NCBI GenBank assembly: GCA_000002445.1
Contig: CM000208.1
Coordinates: forward strand, 1,248,001-1,312,000
Reading direction: 5' to 3'
From: Trypanosoma brucei
Taxonomy: Eukaryota
DNA length: 64,000 nucleotides
Numbering within the stretch: position 1 is the first letter of the stretch; each line of letters starts with the position of its first letter. Both the position numbers and the translations under genes were made by a program. The notes beneath the pieces were generated by a model. It was not told the origin of the DNA. It saw only the letters and a list, made by a program, of their open reading frames with translations, and did not search any database. Shown here piece by piece: positions 24,401 to 35,189 of this stretch.

Positions 24401-26339
24401 TCCCCTACTGGTCGTTATTTCTCTCATCTCGGTCGCACAACGCTAATGGTTTAGAGGCCGATTTGAATGAATGAATGAGGTGAAATCATTTTGCTTTTTT
24501 TTTCTTTTCGTTTTCGATTTCGATTTTGTTTTTTTTATTCATTTAAATTTATATACCCACGTGCGTTTACGCACGATTATACTGACGAGGATTTGTTGTC
24601 GTGTTATATAACCCTTCTTTTTTTTTTCGTGTGTGTGTTACCTCTAGTATTATTATTATTATTCCTGTCATTCCCATTATTATTATTATTGTTGTTATTA
24701 TTATTATTATTTCAAAATTCATGGGATGTGAGACAGTCGGTAGCACTAAATTTCAATATTTGCTTACTTTTATTTTATGTTTATGTTTAACTTTTTGTTT
24801 TTTTAAAAATTTGATAGGGATGTGGTTAAGTTGGTGGTGTGGGGCATCGATTAAATGAAATATGTTGTTGCTTTGTAGATGCTCTGCTCCTTCTACCTTT
24901 CACCTTCCCTTTTCTTTTCTTTTTTCTTTTTTCTTTTTACTATTATTATTATTATTTGGTTGGTTTCACTGTGCGTGTTATTACTTTAAGGTTTTTTTTT
25001 CCTTTTGTCACTGTAATTAAATTCTTGTTAAACAGTTGGGCTACTTAATATTCTTTTCTTTTTTTTTTCTCTCCAACCAAAAAAAGAAAAAAAAACGTTA
25101 TAAATGGCTACAGAAATGGAAGAAGAGGTGTTAGTTGTGCTTTTGTTTTGTAATGTAAGCAACTCCCCCTCCCCCACCTTTCAAAAAAGAAAAAAAAGAA
25201 AAGAAAAAAATATATACAAAAGGGACCGCGTGTTTGTGTTTTTGTGTCTCTTTTTTTTTCTTTTTTTTCTTTTTTGAAAGGTGGGGGAGGGGGAAGGGGG
25301 CGGGGCGGGGAAGGGAAGGGAAATTGAAAATTAAGATGAGGCAAAAGAAGACACTTTTTTTTTTAAAAAATTTCTCGTGTTTAACTTTATAGTTTCTGTT
25401 TGTCATTTGCATGCAGTTGCACATTAATAAATGTATAAATACACACCAATATGCATACGAATGTGAATATCATCTTCATTTCTCTTTTTTCCTTTTCTTT
25501 TCTCTATCTATCTTTTGTTTTTTTTATTTCAAAAAAAAAAAAAAACTACCTTCATTAGTTTGCGTAGAGGACGTGTGTGGCTTACTACCGTCTTCATCGC
25601 CGTACAGGTCAGGCGCACAACGGAAAGAAATTTGAGGTTCGTTACTTTTTTGCTCTTTTTTTTTTTAAAAAAAAAAAGATATTGGTTATATTTGGATAGG
25701 GCGAATATCACAAACTATTTTCGTTTTTGGTTTGCTTTGCTTGAGAAGAACGCACACATTTATTTATATAAATACATATAAATAAATAAAAAAAGGAACG
25801 AAAGAAAGAGTGAAGGAGTAGTGGGAAGGACAGGAGTAAGAAGACGATATATATATATACACGCACACAAAAAACAAAAGCAAAAGCAAAAGAAAAAAAA
25901 GAAAGAAAAAAAAGAAAGAAAGAAACAAGGAAGGGAAATTAGACACTCTCTTCCCCCCAAGGGGTACCCGCTTCATAGATATTATAAAGGAGCGAGAAAC
26001 CAAAGGTTGGAAGTGAAAGAAAGAGGAGGAGGAGTAAAAGGGGAGGGGGAAAAAAAAGAAAGAAAGCGAAGAATACAATCAAACAAACAAAACAAGGCTG
26101 GGAGAAAGTGAAAAATAGCCCGTAATCGTACGACTTACAATATTTGTTCCAGAGGCTCGCACATCTCCACTCCTCGTCCGCTTTGTTGAGTGACAAGGGA
26201 AGGTTAACAAAAACATACCGCTTCAAAAGGAGGGGAGGGAAGGGAAAAGAAAAGGCGACAATATTTAATTTTCCTTCAGAAGGGAGGACACCGTGTCCGG
26301 TAGCGCAGGCCTCTTTTTTTTTTTTTCTCCAAATTTTGT
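18933..26339. other. ORF-free low-complexity tract of about 7.4 kb. It is presumably long UTR or intergenic sequence of the polycistron and is packed with microsatellites.
   Basis: No non-repetitive ORF on either strand. Alternating poly-pyrimidine and poly-purine blocks. Embedded repeats include (TTTTTCA)n at 20266-20360, (GGAAAG)n at 19857-19885, (TA)n at 21409-21440 and 22838-22870, and (TATTAT)n. Confidence 0.7.
26311..26335 (+). promoter_or_regulatory. Poly-T tract upstream of the 1098-aa gene: candidate splice-acceptor polypyrimidine signal.
   Basis: ctctttttttttttttctcc directly upstream of the first ATG at 26355. Confidence 0.4.
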
Positions 26340-29300
26340 TTGTACGAAGTGACGATGCCTACGGCCGATTCAACCTCTTCTGTTTTCCTGAAGACCCCAG
26401 CGGGAAGGAAATACATTCTTGAGCCGCCCATTACTATTGGACAGTTGCTTGACGTAGCGGCAAACCAGCTTCTTCTTGAAGTCAGCAATGCAAAATTCTT
26501 TTTAAATGGCTCTCTACTGTACGCTGCAGGAAAAGATGATACGGGCGCAAATGCAAATGTACTTCAAGAGGAGATCATCATTCCTGGTGGGAGATCCATT
26601 ATTGTTGTGGCAAAACCACTCCAATGTGTGGCAAAGTGGGCCGCTGCAGAGGCAATGCGTAAAAAGGTTGACATAAAAAATAGCAGAGAACCACCTGACC
26701 AATCATCCCCGAAACGGTCGTGTGCTTCACCCCTTTCACCTTCTGAAAATGCTTCCCCACAAAGTGGCGGTGCAGACGAGCTCGCCAACGGTCCAAGTTT
26801 ATATGAATTTATGAAGCAGTTTATATTTCTTCAGGGACGCCGCGGGCTCCGACAAATGCTTTACATTGCCAGAAATCAGTACGGTGACTTCCCACGAAGC
26901 CTCCAAGATCACCAAACTATGGTGTCGATTGTAGAATATGTAGATCGAGATCCAACGCGACTGAGGGATGTTCTTCGTACCATCCTTGAGGAGGAGCCGG
27001 ATCTTTTTAGGTGGATTGAGGCAAATTCTGAGGTGTTTCTCGCGATAATTAACGGCCCTGTGCACCGACAGGAAGCGGCTTCTCCCGTATGGCTCATACG
27101 CAACATGACGGAGGCGTACCACAGACAAAATTCGAAGTGTGGTTTACCCCGTCGATTTGGCCAGCCAGAGAACCCCCAGCCGTTTCATGGCAGTGAGAGT
27201 CCTCAACAGAATGGTGAGGTCCCTGCATTGCGTTTGGTTGCTGCAACGCGGCCCCGCAACTTAGAGACGACCCACAACGCGGCGGCAAAATCGTCTTGCC
27301 AATCAGATATCCTCGTGGACGCTAAATATCGGAACGCTGCGGCGGAAAACACACTTGGTGCAGATGAGGAGGGTCGGCAACTCGTTGACGAAAGCATTGA
27401 GGCGGTTCAAACAACTTGCAATGCCTGGGAAGTTGCAAAGGATCGCTGGATGGTACCTGCTGAAGGTAACACAAATGTACAAGTAGTAAACCACCTGATG
27501 TGCTCTCGTCTTCGAGAGGCACAGGAGTCTCTACTGCAGAGCATGGAAGGTTACATGGTGTCACAACCGCCGTTATCTATGCTACAGAAAGTCTGTGAGC
27601 TTGGACAACAGTTGTGGCAGGACGGTGAACAATGGCTCATCAAACAAAACGATGTATTGGGTGCCTTTCAACACGCGTTGGCCTGTTTACTGTTTGAAAC
27701 AGGGAGGGATTTGCTTACAGACTTTATTGACGCGAATAGCAAAAGTCCCCGTGGTTCACTGCGAAAGAAGATTCCAGCACGGGAAGGTGTTGAATACCAC
27801 CCCTTGCTGGATCCGTCTGTTAGCTGGATCACACCCAATGGACCGGAGTCTCTTGCCAACAAGTTACGGGACTATACTGTGCGTGAGGAGGTAACCGTTG
27901 TGGTTTACACTAAGCTGTCGCCGAACCATGCCAACGCCTACGTTATCCACACGGGGCGGGTTTATGTTGAACCGCTGATAGTCGACGATACGGCAAGGTA
28001 CGAGCTGGAGGATTTGGAAGTGTTATATTCTCTCATCTCATCAAGGGAATTTTTATTGCAGGACCCAGGAATGCGGAAGGTAACAGAAAGCAACTGGAAC
28101 GACCTTATGGTCAAGTTGTACAAAAGATTCATAAGCCCTATTGGGATGCTTCTTCCGCAACCTGCCCATGATGTTAGTTCTCCCTTGTGTGAGGTGAAGC
28201 AGGTTTGCTTTATTCACACGTGGTCCTCCAGGCACATTCCGATCCCATTTCACGCGTTACTCAACCCAGTGGACTCAAAACCATGTGTCTTACGGTGGGC
28301 ACCATTCGTTGCAGAGCGGCCTTGGCACCTTTTGGTAAGCGAGGGGATACCATGGTCCACTCCAGTTCCGCAGTCTCCCGTGATAACACGGCTTACCGCC
28401 CCTATTGCCTTTAGGCGGGAACCTCGGGAACCGGACAGTTGCTTAGTTTCGAAAACAAATATGGTAACGTACGTGAATGTTAACGGTACGCATTGCTCAT
28501 CATTTGGGGAAAAGGAGTTGAATCAACCCTTGGGGGTGCTAAACAATGGACCAGTAGCGGATGAAGGGGGCATGTGGCAGGATGTACCATGGAAAACGTG
28601 GCTGACTGACGCGTTAGGGGACGTTCGCGCCGGTATTCCGACTCATGCTTCTATGTTTGGCCGTGATGAGCGTCACTTTAAAAATACCGCACTTCTCATT
28701 CATGAGGTGACGCGCGGCTCCGGAGATGACGCCAATTGTGAAGCCAACGGAGCGGATGGATCGGCGGAGGTAATCCGCGCAAAAACTCACTCAGTGATGA
28801 TGGACAGACGAGTGCCGTATAATCAGGGTTCTGATCTGTTTGTTTCTCACGTCTGTGGTCGTGAGAGTGGTGTGGGCATTCACCGCTGTGCACTTTTGCC
28901 CGCCTTTAAAGTAAGTGAATATGAGCCGATAGAGGTGTACAATGCATTCTTCAGGCTTCTTGTTGAGACTGAAAACGCAACCACTGCACAGGCGTATCGC
29001 ATGGCGTTGTTAGAATCATGGAGCTCTAATTTCAAGGAGGAGCCCTGGCGCTACACATCAGTAATGCTTTTTAACTACGGAGGTCCCATGAAAACGCTCG
29101 AGCACCTCTGTGGGGAGGGATCCGAGCCGCTCTCTGTAGTCAGTGAGGAGACAATAATAAATAATGTATCGGAACAAGCTGAGGTGCCTAGAACTCATAC
29201 AGTTGGGAAGAGAACGAAGCGACTTTCTGCTCACCGTGACACAACGAATGGACGCTATGTGGAGGGCCGCGCCATCGACGTTATTTACGATGTCGTATTG

Positions 29301-29636
29301 CATGGCCTTTCCACCAGTCGTCCGGAGGGAATGGTTGCTATCCTAGATTGTATGATTGGTTGCATTGAGAAAAACCGTATAAGCCTCGAAAAATCTATAA
29401 AGAGACGACAGAAAAAACAGGACAAGGCATCGAAACAACTCAGTCTCTATTTGTGCTCCCGTTCATCACCAACTGGGGGCCACTCCGCCCGTGGCTCGCC
29501 TGGAACTGCGTCCGCCAGAGGAAAGGCTCATGCATCAAGAGGGAATTGCAACAAAGCTAATGATGAGATCCAAGAGGGAGTTATCTCACCACCTTCGGGA
29601 CGAGGAGGGAAACGATCTCCATTCAAGCGGCGCTGA
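26340..29636 (+). CDS. Large hypothetical protein (about 1093 aa from ATG 26355). It has an N-terminal ubiquitin-like fold and a Rad23-type XPC-binding / STI1-like helical segment. The remaining ~800 residues have no recognised domain.
   Basis: Track start is TTG; first ATG is at 26355. UBL-like segment VFLKTPAGRKYILEPPITIGQLLD...GGRSIIVVAK. Rad23 XPC-binding-like segment FLQGRRGLRQMLYIARNQ...EEEPDLFRWIEANSEVFLAIINGP. PolyT-AG immediately upstream (26311-26335). Confidence 0.75.
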   Translation: MYEVTMPTADSTSSVFLKTPAGRKYILEPPITIGQLLDVAANQLLLEVSNAKFFLNGSLLYAAGKDDTGANANVLQEEIIIPGGRSIIVVAKPLQCVAKWAAAEAMRKKVDIKNSREPPDQSSPKRSCASPLSPSENASPQSGGADELANGPSLYEFMKQFIFLQGRRGLRQMLYIARNQYGDFPRSLQDHQTMVSIVEYVDRDPTRLRDVLRTILEEEPDLFRWIEANSEVFLAIINGPVHRQEAASPVWLIRNMTEAYHRQNSKCGLPRRFGQPENPQPFHGSESPQQNGEVPALRLVAATRPRNLETTHNAAAKSSCQSDILVDAKYRNAAAENTLGADEEGRQLVDESIEAVQTTCNAWEVAKDRWMVPAEGNTNVQVVNHLMCSRLREAQESLLQSMEGYMVSQPPLSMLQKVCELGQQLWQDGEQWLIKQNDVLGAFQHALACLLFETGRDLLTDFIDANSKSPRGSLRKKIPAREGVEYHPLLDPSVSWITPNGPESLANKLRDYTVREEVTVVVYTKLSPNHANAYVIHTGRVYVEPLIVDDTARYELEDLEVLYSLISSREFLLQDPGMRKVTESNWNDLMVKLYKRFISPIGMLLPQPAHDVSSPLCEVKQVCFIHTWSSRHIPIPFHALLNPVDSKPCVLRWAPFVAERPWHLLVSEGIPWSTPVPQSPVITRLTAPIAFRREPREPDSCLVSKTNMVTYVNVNGTHCSSFGEKELNQPLGVLNNGPVADEGGMWQDVPWKTWLTDALGDVRAGIPTHASMFGRDERHFKNTALLIHEVTRGSGDDANCEANGADGSAEVIRAKTHSVMMDRRVPYNQGSDLFVSHVCGRESGVGIHRCALLPAFKVSEYEPIEVYNAFFRLLVETENATTAQAYRMALLESWSSNFKEEPWRYTSVMLFNYGGPMKTLEHLCGEGSEPLSVVSEETIINNVSEQAEVPRTHTVGKRTKRLSAHRDTTNGRYVEGRAIDVIYDVVLHGLSTSRPEGMVAILDCMIGCIEKNRISLEKSIKRRQKKQDKASKQLSLYLCSRSSPTGGHSARGSPGTASARGKAHASRGNCNKANDEIQEGVISPPSGRGGKRSPFKRR

Positions 29637-30511
29637 AAACAACAACAACAACTGCAACAGCAACAAATTTTCAACCGGTTTCTCTGTACGACGCAAAAGA
29701 AAACAAAAAAATATTCCAACGGATATACCGCGCACCCGCGCTTGAATGGGGAATATATTATTCACCTCTTCAGCCAAATTCACCCCCGTTTTGTATATGG
29801 TTGTGTTGTAACGTCGTTGCTTTGTTTTTTTCCTTTGTAGATCCACTTAGCGGGTCTATCCGATACGCAGCACGTTTTTCGTTTTCCCTTCTTTTACTAT
29901 TATATCACCGAGTTCATATATATATATATACATGTATATTCTTTTGTTTTCCGGGACCCCCTGTCATTAGGCCCATTCTGCCCTTGCATTTGTATTTTTC
30001 AAACCGTTCACTCTCATGTTCGGTGAGGGAATATTTCAATGGTGGGTACCGAAAGAGCCAAAAGAAAAAAAAAGAGGAAGAGGGGGACGATCCTCCCCTT
30101 CCCTGCCGCAGGCGGGGTATTCTTCTCAATTGTGATATATCTTCACTTTTGCTCTTTGATCTGCCATTCTTTTGCGTGTACACATTTACGCGTCTCACTA
30201 TCCCGTTGTATAGTTAAGCAAGCGGAAAGGGATAGTGAATTACGCAGGGGCTTTTGTGTTGTGTATTCTTTTCTTGGCCCCTCCTCATCCAGTAGTGAAG
30301 GTTTTTGTTTGTTTGTTTTTAATGTTCTCCACGGTATGTGGATCCCCGTAGCGGATGTTGCGACTTGTTTTCCTTCTACTTCCTCCCTTATTCTTCCCCT
30401 TCCCCCACGCCCCTGTGTTTCCTTATAAATATATGTACATTGTTCTCATAAAGTTATTTTTTGTCCTCTAAAATAAGGGTGTACTATTTTTAATTAGAAC
30501 TGTTATCGAAT

Positions 30512-33454
30512 TTGCCCCTCCCTTATTGGAGAATGAGTGTAAGGCACCTGTTTGGAGCCTTGCAATGGGTTACGACAGGGTCAGTTGCTGGACGCCCTCG
30601 GGATATAGAGGAGCGCGTTGAGCTGAACGGCCTCTCAGTTGGACCAAAGGACTGTGGGCGTGTTGTGGGTGTCGTCAATCCGCATCAAATAACAGAGGAA
30701 CCGTGCGATAGTTTAGAGGGTCGAAGTGAGGGCGAACACGACCACCAAATATTGATGGACAGCACGCGTGAAAACTGCGTAAATGGGAATGATAACGTGC
30801 CGGTGCATTGTGGAGAGAAGCAATCAACGTATAAGCGTGGTGGGGGTTTCAACAATGAACAAGTGTTGCTTCAGTGGAAGCTGCGCCAGTTCGATCAGCT
30901 GAGCGCTAAAATCGAGGCAAACATGGCCCGGTATCGTCAATCAGGTGACCGACGGCGCTTGAACGAGATGGAAAAAGAACTCCAGGTTATACGAATTCTT
31001 AGGGGTAGTGCGGTGCGCTGCCTAAAAGATGTAGATAATGCAAACAGCCAAACAAGCGAAAGTGGCGCGCAAAGTCCGGGAGGCGTGTCGCCGTCACCAG
31101 TGCTAAGTGCTAGTCCCTCCGAAAGTGCTTCCCATCCAGCTGATAGTGTCTCCGATAATTGTGTATTTGACACGCGTGCGCCAGTTGAGAATGGGCTGTT
31201 CCAAACTCCATTGGCGGCTCCGTCAGGCTTGCCAAGTGGCGCGACTGCCACGGACGCTGTTTTAAATGAGGCAACACCAGTTCCCTCAACGGGCGTTTCC
31301 GCTCCACCAGTGCCCCTGGCGCCACAATCCCGAGAATCGTGTAAGGCCGACTCCGACGATGCCGTTCATGCACAAGATGCGCTGCAGCAACCAAAGTCGT
31401 ATGATACCCGGTGCCCTCGTCGCCCCGAGCACCCGGCCGCAACCGCTGTGAATAATTCCATTAGGAAGCAAGGGATCCATCCCGCGGGGTCACATTCTGC
31501 AACTCCTGTAAACCGTTTTAGCAGTGCAGGTGGTAATTCCGAGGGTTGCGGGCCCACAACGAGGGAGGGGTCACCAACAGTTCAGTCTTTCATGCATCCG
31601 CGCGGAAGTGTGGGTCAGGCACCGACAGCAGCAGCAGTGCAAAATAAAAAGCCTAAAGAATGGCATGGAGATTATTTTGAGCCGTGTGACATAGGCGGGG
31701 GTGAGTCTACTTTACGTGATAAAGCGAGACGCGCTTCAGCAATAGCCACACCGACTAGTGAAGTTATTGATTCAGCAGCGTACCGCGGCTCCAGTGGAAC
31801 ACAATCTTCAGTTTCAGCGGTTGTTCACGAAATGTTTAATCGGTTAAAAAACCGTGGTTCACACTTACATGGGAAAGTTGCACCACCAGCAGCTCCTATA
31901 GTTCCTCGAAGCGAGGCAGCAGCAGAGGTGTCGGACGGCTTGTCCTCTGCAGCCCAAGCTGTATCGGTTCTTCGAAAACGTGGCAATGACCTTGTGAAGA
32001 AGGGACAATACAAGGAGGCCATACAAGTATACACAGACGCTATTAGATGCGACCCGGAAAACAATGTTCTCCTATGCAATCGAGCTGTTGCCTACTTACT
32101 CAACAACCAGTACAGGCTCTCTCTGATGGATTGTGAGAATGTGCTTTACAACTCACCAACCAATCTTAAGGCTCACTGGCGCGCCGCGAAAGCACTTCTG
32201 TATATGTATAGGACGAAAGAGGCACGGTATCACTACCGAAAGGCCAGTGAGCTTTCTACCAACGCGGCTGATGAGCGGCTAATAGCCGATGAACTGGAAC
32301 TTCTTCATTCGGTGGAGATGTACCACAGCTGCAGTAAGGAAAAACACTGGTCAAAGTGTTTGTGGCACGCTAAACAACTTCTTCAAACTTTTAGCCACAT
32401 CAGCCCAATAAATATTCCGTGGCATTGCCTGAAACTTGAGGCCCTTTTGCATTTAGACTGCTGGAAAGCATTGGAGGGTGTCAAGCAACTGAAGAAGAGC
32501 CATCCGACGTGCGCCGAGCTGTTCTTTCTCCATGCGAAGAGCCTGTTTTACTGCGCACACAATCAGCGCAGTGTGGCGGAGGCTCTAGAGCTGGTTCGGC
32601 ACGCAGTTGAGCTGAAAAAGGCTGACGGAGAAGTAGAGGATAGCCGTTATATCGCCTTAGAGCGCAACCTCACGTTATTTGAGAGATGTCGTGATCGCGG
32701 TAATGCGGCATATAAGAGCGGAAACTGGTCAGAAGCATACGATGCGTATACTTCCTGCATTTCGATAGATCCACAGAATACTTCACTTGTTGCAATGGCA
32801 TATTGCAACCGCGCAGCAACATGTATGCAGTGTGGCCGCTGGGCTGAGGCGCTGGAGGATGTCAATAACTCTATTAGCATCAACGGCACGGCACCTAAGG
32901 CATATACCCGGAGGGCTCACATAAACATCCATTTATTTAGCGAAAAAGGTGGAACAGATATACGCCTTCTTAAACAAGCTGTTAGCGACCTCCGCACGGT
33001 AGTAAAACTTGAGCCAAGCAAAGCAAACAAGCAGCATCTGGATGAGGTCGTTAGAATGACACAAGAAAAAGAAAAACAGATACAGCGCGCACACAATGAT
33101 AATTGCAACCGCTATGGGTCTGGCAGCGAGCGCCATGACTGGCGTGGTAAAGGACATCAAAAACATTCTAGCTCTCCTGGTGCCCAGCATAAAGCTGAGG
33201 GCCAAGACAATCGACGACCATCGGTTGCGACCGCATCACACTCTAGAGCTCAACTTGTGCGGTTGTTGGGGTTGGAGACCACCGCCAATTTGGATGAACA
33301 GGCACTTGTGAGGGCATATCACAAGGCTGCACTTCAGTGGCATCCTGACAGGTGGGTTGGGGCACCCAAACATGAACAACAGGTAGCGGAGCAAAAGTTT
33401 AAGGAAATCAATGTTGCGTATCAAGCGTTGAAGCAGGTGATCGGCAATCGTTGA
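30512..33454 (+). CDS. TPR-repeat co-chaperone with a C-terminal DnaJ (J) domain (DNAJC7/TPR2-like architecture). A roughly 480-aa low-complexity extension precedes the TPRs.
   Basis: TPR motifs (e.g. AIQVYTDAIRCDPENNVLLCNRAVAYL; GNAAYKSGNWSEAYDAYTSCISIDPQN...AYCNRAATCMQCGRWAEALEDV). J domain at about nt 33230-33430 with an HPD motif (YHKAALQWHPDRW...KFKEINVAYQAL). Track start is TTG; first ATG is at 30533. Confidence 0.85.
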   Translation: MPLPYWRMSVRHLFGALQWVTTGSVAGRPRDIEERVELNGLSVGPKDCGRVVGVVNPHQITEEPCDSLEGRSEGEHDHQILMDSTRENCVNGNDNVPVHCGEKQSTYKRGGGFNNEQVLLQWKLRQFDQLSAKIEANMARYRQSGDRRRLNEMEKELQVIRILRGSAVRCLKDVDNANSQTSESGAQSPGGVSPSPVLSASPSESASHPADSVSDNCVFDTRAPVENGLFQTPLAAPSGLPSGATATDAVLNEATPVPSTGVSAPPVPLAPQSRESCKADSDDAVHAQDALQQPKSYDTRCPRRPEHPAATAVNNSIRKQGIHPAGSHSATPVNRFSSAGGNSEGCGPTTREGSPTVQSFMHPRGSVGQAPTAAAVQNKKPKEWHGDYFEPCDIGGGESTLRDKARRASAIATPTSEVIDSAAYRGSSGTQSSVSAVVHEMFNRLKNRGSHLHGKVAPPAAPIVPRSEAAAEVSDGLSSAAQAVSVLRKRGNDLVKKGQYKEAIQVYTDAIRCDPENNVLLCNRAVAYLLNNQYRLSLMDCENVLYNSPTNLKAHWRAAKALLYMYRTKEARYHYRKASELSTNAADERLIADELELLHSVEMYHSCSKEKHWSKCLWHAKQLLQTFSHISPINIPWHCLKLEALLHLDCWKALEGVKQLKKSHPTCAELFFLHAKSLFYCAHNQRSVAEALELVRHAVELKKADGEVEDSRYIALERNLTLFERCRDRGNAAYKSGNWSEAYDAYTSCISIDPQNTSLVAMAYCNRAATCMQCGRWAEALEDVNNSISINGTAPKAYTRRAHINIHLFSEKGGTDIRLLKQAVSDLRTVVKLEPSKANKQHLDEVVRMTQEKEKQIQRAHNDNCNRYGSGSERHDWRGKGHQKHSSSPGAQHKAEGQDNRRPSVATASHSRAQLVRLLGLETTANLDEQALVRAYHKAALQWHPDRWVGAPKHEQQVAEQKFKEINVAYQALKQVIGNR

Positions 33455-34289
33455 CTATTAACAACAATATACATTATATATATATCTATATATACATATA
33501 TGTGTGTTTTCTCTTCGCTCCCTCCCTCTTGCCGCAGTTACAATGTCTAGATCTACAAACTCATGGCGCATGAGTTTCTTTCTTTTTCGCAAGGCAATTA
33601 ACATGTACAGGTGGTTTAGTGTTGCGTACACCTTGCCTTGACCCTTTTCTGTTCCTTGCCTTTTACCCACGTGTGAAAACCCCGGCTTCTCTGAGACCAT
33701 ACGCTGTTTGATCTCACTTTTTTGTTTTGTTTAATTTTGTTGGCGTGCGTATATATGTAACGTGTGTGTGTGTGGTGATGTATTAATATATACCCTTGTG
33801 CATCTACTGACGTATTTGAGTAAAACGAATCCCTATAGAGCGTACTAAAGGAAAGGGGATGAGGAAAAAGAAGAGGGGAAGGAGGGGGAGGGGAGGAATT
33901 TAGGGGAAGGTAATTACGGACGTTATGAAGGCACATCGGCCTTGTGTTAATAGAAGGACGGCGGTCATTCATTATTTGTGCACTATGGGACGTTAATGCA
34001 CGGGCTAGCAACTCATTGCCCCTGGCGCCTTGTGTGCTCATGTTCGTTTCTTCTTTCCTTTTCCTTTTCCATTTTGTTTTGTTTTTGTTTTTAGTTCCGT
34101 ACATATTCCTTTTTTTTTTCTCCCGTGTTCACGATACGACATCAATTGCGAGGTGGATGAGGAAAAGAAACACGTATTAGTAGAGCTTTAATCACAAGTG
34201 AAAGATGATAAACAAGAAGTGAGAGGAGGAAAAGGGGTAAACCCCCAAATTTACGTTAATATCTAAGTCATGTCTACGTTTAGCTGAAT

Positions 34290-34316
34290 ATGTGTGTGTG
34301 TGTGTGTGTGTGTGTT
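34290..34316. repeat. (TG)n microsatellite.
   Basis: tgtgtgtgtgtgtgtgtgtgtgtgtg seen directly. Confidence 0.9.
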
Positions 34317-35189
34317 TATGTGGTAGGGGCCCCGGGGATACGTGGGATCGTGATAGAGGTTCGAATGCTATTCGTGGAAAGACTTCTTTATTTTTCTTTT
34401 TTCCCCCTCCCTTTTACGTTCTCTTTGAATTGTTTTATTTTGTTGTGCGTTGCACCGGTTGCCGGCACATTATAATTATTACTTCTACCATTTTGCGTTG
34501 TAGAAATGTGGTCTCGGTTTAAAACGAACGAGCGAGAGGGTGATTTGATGCAATTTGCCCCCTTTTTTATTCCCTCATTTCTCTGCCGTTCAAGGTATTA
34601 CCGTGTGAGGGTGGAGGGACACATCCTTATTTTCTTTTGCGTTCTTCGCTTCCTATTTTCAGAGTGGCGATTTGACAGAATTATTATTTTTGTCATTGCG
34701 CTGTGCTTGGCACGGCTATAGCTACCGTCCCCGATGCTTTGTTGTGTTTACACGATATATGTTTTATCTCCTTTGTTATCTGTTTGTCGCCCAACATATA
34801 TGCAAATAATTATATCTTTATATATCTGCATGCATTTCCCCCTTCTCTTATGCTGCTTCAAAGTGCGTGGTAGTCGTCGGTAAGTTGATAAGCGTATTTG
34901 GGGTTGCAAAGCGGCTAAAGGAAAAGCACCAAAGGTGGCGAAGTTTTGAGGAAAGGTAACTGAATTAGAGAAACTTGGAAAACATCTATAGGTGTGTAAA
35001 AATCCGAAAAAAAAATAGGTGAGGAAGGTTAAATCGAGGAAGCGGAAAGGAACGGGTGGTAGGATCATATACTGTGTGGAAAAGGCGGTTTGGTAGCGTT
35101 ACAGTGTTAATCCATACGGTTCCTCGACAGCATTTTGCACTGCGCCTCCCACTTAATTTTCAAGGTGTCAGCCGTGTAAAGCTCGCAAC

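Noticed and set aside
34340-34365. GGTTCGAATGC, a tRNA T-loop-like motif downstream of a (TG)n tract.
   Set aside because: The flanking sequence cannot form an acceptor stem or D and anticodon arms, and the T-stem pairing is poor. Not a tRNA.
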